From positions 288,001 through 352,000 of the forward strand of contig CAXWPL010000002.1 of assembly GCA_963666215.2 (NCBI GenBank): a DNA stretch of 64,000 bases. Reading direction: 5' to 3'. The notes below the pieces were generated by a model that was not told the DNA's origin, made no database searches, and saw nothing but the letters and a program-made list of their open reading frames with translations. This document shows positions 58,995-64,000 of the stretch, in pieces. Source of the stretch: Acidobacteriota bacterium. GTDB lineage: Bacteria; Acidobacteriota; UBA890; WLXD01. Made by a program: the position numbers and the translations under genes. Every line of letters starts with the position of its first letter. Position 1 is the stretch's first letter.

Positions 58995-60602
58995 ATGTCC
59001 TCGAAGCCAACGGCGCTACCCGCCACGGGTAGCGCGTCGCCCACTCGAGGTCTTTCGGCGGGCCTCGGCGCACGCCTGCTGGCTTTGGACGTACTGCTGG
59101 CGGTTGAGCTCGGCGGCCGCTCGGACCGTGAGCTCGATCGGGCTCTAGGTTCGTCGGCGCTCGACGGCCGCGATCGGCGGTTGGTGACCGAGATCGTGTA
59201 CGGAACGCTGCGACGGCAGGGGAGCCTCGATCAGTCGCTGGCGCCGTTCTGCTCGCGGCCGCTCACCGGCCTCGATCCCGTGGTGCGCGTGGCGCTGCGG
59301 ATAGGGCTGTATCAATGCTCGTTTCTCCACTCGGTACCGGCGCACGCAGCTATCGACCGCACGGTCGAGGCGCTCAAGCGCCGCGCCAGGCGCGCCACAG
59401 GGCTCGTCAACGCCGTCCTGCGCAGCTGGCTGCGGGCAGCAGAGAAGAGAGGGCGGTCTGCTGGAGCGCCGTCGCCGTCGACGGGAGCCCACGTTGCTCC
59501 TGTGGACCCACCCCCGAGCGTGCAGCTCGACACGCCGACGTGGCTCGCGCAGCGCTGGCACCATCGGTACGGGGTCGACCGATCGACGACCTGGTGGGCG
59601 GCAGCTCTGGCACCGCCGGTAGTGGCGGTGCGCATCCACCCCGAGGTGGCCGCCGCTGACGCCACCACTGCCTCTTCCGCCGAAGCCGACGCGGGCGACA
59701 GCAGCATCGCCGACGCTTCTGTTGCCGCGCTGGTCGACGCGCTCGCAACCTCTGGGGTGACCGCAGAGCCGTCGCCCTGGTCGACCGGCGCACTACGGCT
59801 CGACGGCGGCATGGCTGCGGCGCTGGCGAGCCCGGTACACAATTCGGGGGTATTCAGCCCGCGATCTGAGGCGGCACAGCTCGTGACCGAGCTGCTTGCG
59901 CCGCCAGCTGCAGGTGAATGGACACTCGACGCGTGCGCCGGGCGCGGTGGCAAAGCTGTACAGCTGGCCGAAGCGGGGCATCGTGTGCTGGCCCTCGACG
60001 TCAACCACGAGCGGCTACGCCACTGTCACAACGCCGCGCGGCGCGCCGGGGTTGGCGCGCGAGTGCACTCGGTTCGCGCTGCGGTCGGCAGATCCCGACC
60101 CGATCCCTCGGGCCTTGGTGAGGGTCGCGGCCTTTCGGCGCCGCCCGAAGAGTCCGTTGCCTCGAAATCCACCGCCACCGTGCCGATCGCGGAGGCCTTC
60201 GAGGGCTTCTCGCGCATCCTCGTCGATGCTCCTTGTTCTGGCATCGGCACCGTTCGCAGGCATCCAGAAATCAAATGGCGACTCGAGTCGTCGGCGCTCG
60301 AGCGTCATGCCGCCAAGCAGCTGGGCATTCTGTGCGCCGCCCTCGAGCTTCTAGCCGCCGGCGGCGAGCTCCTCTACGTGACCTGTTCGACAGAACCGGA
60401 GGAGAACGAGGAGGTGGTGCAGAGCGCGCTGCAAGCTGTCGCCGGGATCGAGCTCGTCGATCTGCGCGAGCGCGCCGTTCACGCGGAGCTCGTGGGTGTT
60501 GACGGCTTCGTGAGAACCTATCCCGACCACCCAGAGCTCGACGGGTTCTTCGCCGCCTGCCTGCGTCGAACGGCGTCTCCGGGTACCGAAGAGGGGTGCT
60601 GA
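58995..60602 (+). CDS. rsmB: 16S rRNA m5C methyltransferase RsmB/Sun (NusB + NOL1 domains)
   Basis: VYGTLR, VNAVLR, DACAGRGGK, LVDAPCSG, YVTCS, EENE, DGFF. Confidence 0.9.
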   Translation: MSSKPTALPATGSASPTRGLSAGLGARLLALDVLLAVELGGRSDRELDRALGSSALDGRDRRLVTEIVYGTLRRQGSLDQSLAPFCSRPLTGLDPVVRVALRIGLYQCSFLHSVPAHAAIDRTVEALKRRARRATGLVNAVLRSWLRAAEKRGRSAGAPSPSTGAHVAPVDPPPSVQLDTPTWLAQRWHHRYGVDRSTTWWAAALAPPVVAVRIHPEVAAADATTASSAEADAGDSSIADASVAALVDALATSGVTAEPSPWSTGALRLDGGMAAALASPVHNSGVFSPRSEAAQLVTELLAPPAAGEWTLDACAGRGGKAVQLAEAGHRVLALDVNHERLRHCHNAARRAGVGARVHSVRAAVGRSRPDPSGLGEGRGLSAPPEESVASKSTATVPIAEAFEGFSRILVDAPCSGIGTVRRHPEIKWRLESSALERHAAKQLGILCAALELLAAGGELLYVTCSTEPEENEEVVQSALQAVAGIELVDLRERAVHAELVGVDGFVRTYPDHPELDGFFAACLRRTASPGTEEGC

Positions 60603-60694
60603 GCGGTGGTACACTCGGGCCGTGCCGTCGACCCCGCGAGAAGCGCGTCAGAGCTCGATGACTCTGCTCCGTTCGCATCGTTCACCGCATCTTC

Positions 60695-61558
60695 ATGTCT
60701 GCTGACCGCATGTCTCCTGACCGCCTGACGCGATGGGCTCGGGCTCGGTTGCGAGGGGTTCTTTCTCTGCCGGGCCCGCGGGCCGGGCGGACCTCCGATG
60801 GCGCCGGAGCAGCGAGCTCACCAGGCGCGTCGCGGCTAGCCTCGCTGCTGAAGCTCGTCGCGGTGTTGGCCCTGTCGGCGCCGATGTTTGCCTGGGGCGG
60901 CTGGTTGGCGGTACGTCTCTCCGTGTCGGGCAGCACAGATGTGGTTCCCGACGTGATCGGGCTGCTCCCAGAAGAGGCTGTAAGGCGGCTCGAGGAGGCG
61001 GGGATGGTTGCCGAGATCGAAGCCGAGCCGTTGCGCGACGAGGCGCTGCCGGCCGGTAGCGTTGCGCGGCAAGACCCGGGACCGGGCACTTCGGTCAAGC
61101 GTGTACGGTCGATCCGACTCATGTTGGCGTCGGGGCCGTCGACCCACGAGTTGCCGTCGATGGTTGGCGACAGCCGCAGTCGGGCAGTCATCCTGCTCGG
61201 CCAGCAGGACGTCGACATCGCGTACGTCGCGTCGGTTCACAGCTACGAGCACCCACGCGACGCGGTCGTGGCGCAAGAGCCGAACCCCGCCGAGTTGCCT
61301 CCCGGCACGCGCTCGCTGATACGGTTGCTGACGTCACTCGGCCCACGGGTTCGATCGTATGTCATGCCCGACCTACGTCATCGGAGTGGCGACGAGGTGC
61401 GGGCCCGGCTCGAGCAGCTCGGCTTCGAGGTTGTTACGCGAGCGCACCGCGCCGAGGCCATCGCCAATGTCGGGCCGGGGATCGTCGTGGAGCAAATCCC
61501 GGCGCCCGGGCGCCGCGTGGCGGAAGGCACCCGGGTGACGCTCGGCCTGAGTCGCTGA
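60695..61558 (+). CDS. PASTA-domain protein (three repeats)
   Basis: TM followed by VPDVIG...QDPGPG, LPSMVG...QEP and MPDL...QIPAPG units. Confidence 0.88.
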   Translation: MSADRMSPDRLTRWARARLRGVLSLPGPRAGRTSDGAGAASSPGASRLASLLKLVAVLALSAPMFAWGGWLAVRLSVSGSTDVVPDVIGLLPEEAVRRLEEAGMVAEIEAEPLRDEALPAGSVARQDPGPGTSVKRVRSIRLMLASGPSTHELPSMVGDSRSRAVILLGQQDVDIAYVASVHSYEHPRDAVVAQEPNPAELPPGTRSLIRLLTSLGPRVRSYVMPDLRHRSGDEVRARLEQLGFEVVTRAHRAEAIANVGPGIVVEQIPAPGRRVAEGTRVTLGLSR

Positions 61559-62235
61559 TGCGCAACGGACGTGCGCCCGTAATCGCACCCTCGCTCTTGG
61601 CTGCCGACGCTGCTGATCTGCGGAGTGCCGTAGCCAGCATCGAGTCACGAGTTGACGCTTTCCATGTCGATGTCATGGATGGCCATTTCGTGCCCAACAT
61701 CTCGATGGGCCCGGCGGTGCCCCAGGGGCTGCGGGCCTGCACCGACAAGCCGCTTGATGTACATCTGATGGTCGAGTCTCCAGAGCTTTGGATCGCGCGC
61801 TACCGAGAAGCGGGCGCCGACTGGATCAGCATTCACGCCGAGGCCACGCGACACCTCGAGGGTGCCGTCGCCCTGATTCGCGATGCCGGCGCTCGAGCCG
61901 GAGTGGCGTTGAATCCGGCAACAACACCTGCGGGCCTTGAGCATGTGCTGCGCCCAGGCGACTTCGTCGTGGTGATGAGCGTCAACCCCGGGTTCGGTGG
62001 ACAGAGGTTCTTGGCGAGCGCGCCTGCAAGAATTGCCGACGTGCGCGAGTTTCTCGACGCCCACGGTCTTCAAGAGGTCGTCATTGAAGTGGATGGCGGG
62101 GTCGACAGCTCCAACGCCGGGGCGTGCGCGGCCGCCGGCGCCGAGATCTTCGTTGCCGGCTCTTCGGTTTTCGGCCAGTCCGACGCGGCGCGCGCGTGCG
62201 ACGAGCTGCGGGCCGCTGCCGTGGCGGGGAGCTGA
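61558..62235 (+). CDS. rpe: Ribulose-phosphate 3-epimerase
   Basis: IAPSLL, HVDVMDGHFVPN, DVHLM, MSVNPGFGGQ, EVDGG. Confidence 0.96.
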   Translation: MRNGRAPVIAPSLLAADAADLRSAVASIESRVDAFHVDVMDGHFVPNISMGPAVPQGLRACTDKPLDVHLMVESPELWIARYREAGADWISIHAEATRHLEGAVALIRDAGARAGVALNPATTPAGLEHVLRPGDFVVVMSVNPGFGGQRFLASAPARIADVREFLDAHGLQEVVIEVDGGVDSSNAGACAAAGAEIFVAGSSVFGQSDAARACDELRAAAVAGS

Positions 62236-62239
62236 TCGC

Positions 62240-63178
62240 TTGAGAAGCTTGGTTACCGGCGCCGCCGGATTCATCGGATCGACGTTGTCGGCAAAGCTCC
62301 TCGACGTTGGCCACGAAGTGATCGGGGTCGACGGCTTCTACGACAACTATGCCGAGGCCAAGAAGCGCGCGAACCTGGTGGCAATCGAGAGCCGTGAGGG
62401 GTTCCGGCTGGTGGAGGGTTATCTCCAGGACCTCGATCTGCCGCACCTGCTCGAAGGCGTCGATCGCGTGTTTCATATCGCCGCGCTTCCTGGTGTGCGC
62501 GCCTCGTGGGGGGGTAGCTTCGAGGACTACTCGAATCACAACGTTTACGCGACGCAGCTGGTGCTCGAGGCCAGTCGAGAGGCAGGTGTGCCCCGCGTCG
62601 TCTACGCTTCCTCGTCGTCGGTGTACGGTGACGCCGCCGACCTGCCGATGCGTGAATCGGTTCGCGAGCGCCCGTTCTCTCCCTACGGCGTGACGAAGCT
62701 GGCTGGCGAGCACTTGGCGCGCCTCTACAGTCGCAACTACGGCTTGCATACCGTGAGCCTGCGCTTCTTTACGGTCTACGGTCCGCGCCAGCGACCCGAT
62801 ATGGCGATCCAGCGGTTCTTGACCGCCGCGCGCGACGGCACGCCGATCACGCTGTTCGGAGACGGCGAGCAGACCCGCGACTTTACGTACGTCGACGACG
62901 TCGTAGAGATGGTGACGCGTGCCGGAGATCTCGGCGCGTCGGGCGCTGTATATAATGTTGGCGATGGTAGCACGATTACGGTAAACGGCCTTATCGGGCT
63001 CATCGAGCAGGTTTCGGGAAGGTCGCTAAGCGTGCAACGGCGGGATGTTCAGCATGGCGACGTTCTGCACACATGCGCCGACGCTGAGCTGGCGCGTCGC
63101 GACCTACAGTTCACGCCCGCTACGTCGCTCCCGGACGGCCTCGCCAGACACTGGCAGTGGTTGCAGACCAACCCTTAG
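62240..63178 (+). CDS. NAD-dependent epimerase (UDP-glucuronate 4-epimerase-like)
   Basis: TGAAGFIGS, ASSSSVYG, YGVTK, RFFTVYGPRQRPDMA. Confidence 0.9.
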   Translation: MRSLVTGAAGFIGSTLSAKLLDVGHEVIGVDGFYDNYAEAKKRANLVAIESREGFRLVEGYLQDLDLPHLLEGVDRVFHIAALPGVRASWGGSFEDYSNHNVYATQLVLEASREAGVPRVVYASSSSVYGDAADLPMRESVRERPFSPYGVTKLAGEHLARLYSRNYGLHTVSLRFFTVYGPRQRPDMAIQRFLTAARDGTPITLFGDGEQTRDFTYVDDVVEMVTRAGDLGASGAVYNVGDGSTITVNGLIGLIEQVSGRSLSVQRRDVQHGDVLHTCADAELARRDLQFTPATSLPDGLARHWQWLQTNP

Positions 63179-63247
63179 CGCGACCGAGTCTGGTTCCTCG
63201 TTCACTCGACCTTGGTGTCGCACATCGTGCTGATTGTGAAAACTCGG

Positions 63248-64000
63248 ATGCCCGCCTTGCAACGTTATGACCGCAATCAACCGATACCCCGCAGTCGCCT
63301 CGAGCTCTCCTCGGCGGTTCTGCTGGGCATCATCGGGCTCGCCCTGACGGTTGTCGTGGCCTGCGGCGGGAGCGATCTCCGCCTTCCGGCCGACGCTGCC
63401 GGCACGGCTCTTTTTGAACAGGCCCAAGAGGAGCTCGCGGCGGAGAACTGGCGCAAGGCCGGCGACGCCTTCGATACGCTGCTGCGCAACTACCCTACGA
63501 GTCCCTACCTGGCGGAGGCCCGCCTGGGGCTAGGACGGGCGTACTACGAGCAGAATCGCCGGGACACGCTGATGCTGGCGATCGATGCGTTCCAGAACTT
63601 TCGCACCTACCATCCTTCGCACGCCGATGTCGACTACGCACAGCTGATGGTGGGACTGAGCTACGTCAGCTTGATGAAGTCACCCGATCGCGACCAGTCC
63701 AACACACGTCTCGCGATGGAGTCGCTGCGCAACTTTCTGGAGGATTTTCCAAACAGCTCCTACGCCGAATCGGCGCGGGAGAATCTCCAGCGAGCCGTCG
63801 ATAGTCTGGCCGAGCGCGAGTTGCGCGTTGCCGAGTGGCAGTTCGAACGCGACCGTTACGGTGCCGCGGTGAATCGCTGTGAGTACGCGTTACGCCACTA
63901 TTCGGACAGCGGGTGGAAATGCGAGATACAATTCCTAGCTGCTGAGTCCCTGCGCAAGTGGGGTCAACGGGAGAGGGCGAACTCCTACTATCAGCAACTT
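63248..64000 (+). CDS. bamD: Outer membrane protein assembly factor BamD; 3' end runs off the window
   Basis: Not in the ORF track. Hand translation gives lipobox VVAC, YPTSPY, YHPSH, DYA, PDRDQSNT and FPNSSY in TPR-like helices. Confidence 0.88.
   Translation, partial: MPALQRYDRNQPIPRSRLELSSAVLLGIIGLALTVVVACGGSDLRLPADAAGTALFEQAQEELAAENWRKAGDAFDTLLRNYPTSPYLAEARLGLGRAYYEQNRRDTLMLAIDAFQNFRTYHPSHADVDYAQLMVGLSYVSLMKSPDRDQSNTRLAMESLRNFLEDFPNSSYAESARENLQRAVDSLAERELRVAEWQFERDRYGAAVNRCEYALRHYSDSGWKCEIQFLAAESLRKWGQRERANSYYQQL

Noticed and set aside
1-64000. tRNA, rRNA, CRISPR array, integrase, transposase or phage genes
   Set aside because: None recognised by eye; tRNAscan, Infernal or HMM searches could still reveal small elements.

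Overview
High-GC bacterial chromosomal segment; gene content suggests Acidobacteriota, but this is inference only. From left to right it holds: (1) a minus-strand MacA/MacB/TolC-type exporter operon continuing into a large glycoside hydrolase and a YbdK-type ligase; (2) a PDZ-less HtrA-like protease, an NlpC/P60-like protein, hutU and hutI; (3) a ~12 kb minus-strand respiratory cluster with Rieske protein, split b6-type cytochrome b, an 8-heme cytochrome c, a putative blue-copper lipoprotein, heme A/O synthases, DUF420 and HEAT/Zn-ribbon accessory genes; (4) GT2-gpmI-(antisense mobA)-aminotransferase-serA; (5) glcB, an FAH-family gene and vapBC; (6) icd-mdh-ndk; (7) a ~10 kb integrase-less variable region of secreted peptidases ending in hipBA; (8) housekeeping genes rseP, cdsA, galE, truA, def, fmt, rsmB, PASTA, rpe, an epimerase and bamD. 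The most notable hidden structure is at ~47.37-47.55 kb, where a diverged hipA 3' end is joined directly to a diverged ndk 3' end, so the variable region reads as two stacked ndk-[cargo]-hipA units. I saw no rRNA, tRNA, CRISPR array, integrase or transposase. Two single-base frameshifts and a 52-bp tandem duplication mean some assembly noise is possible. All family calls are by motif recognition, not database search.
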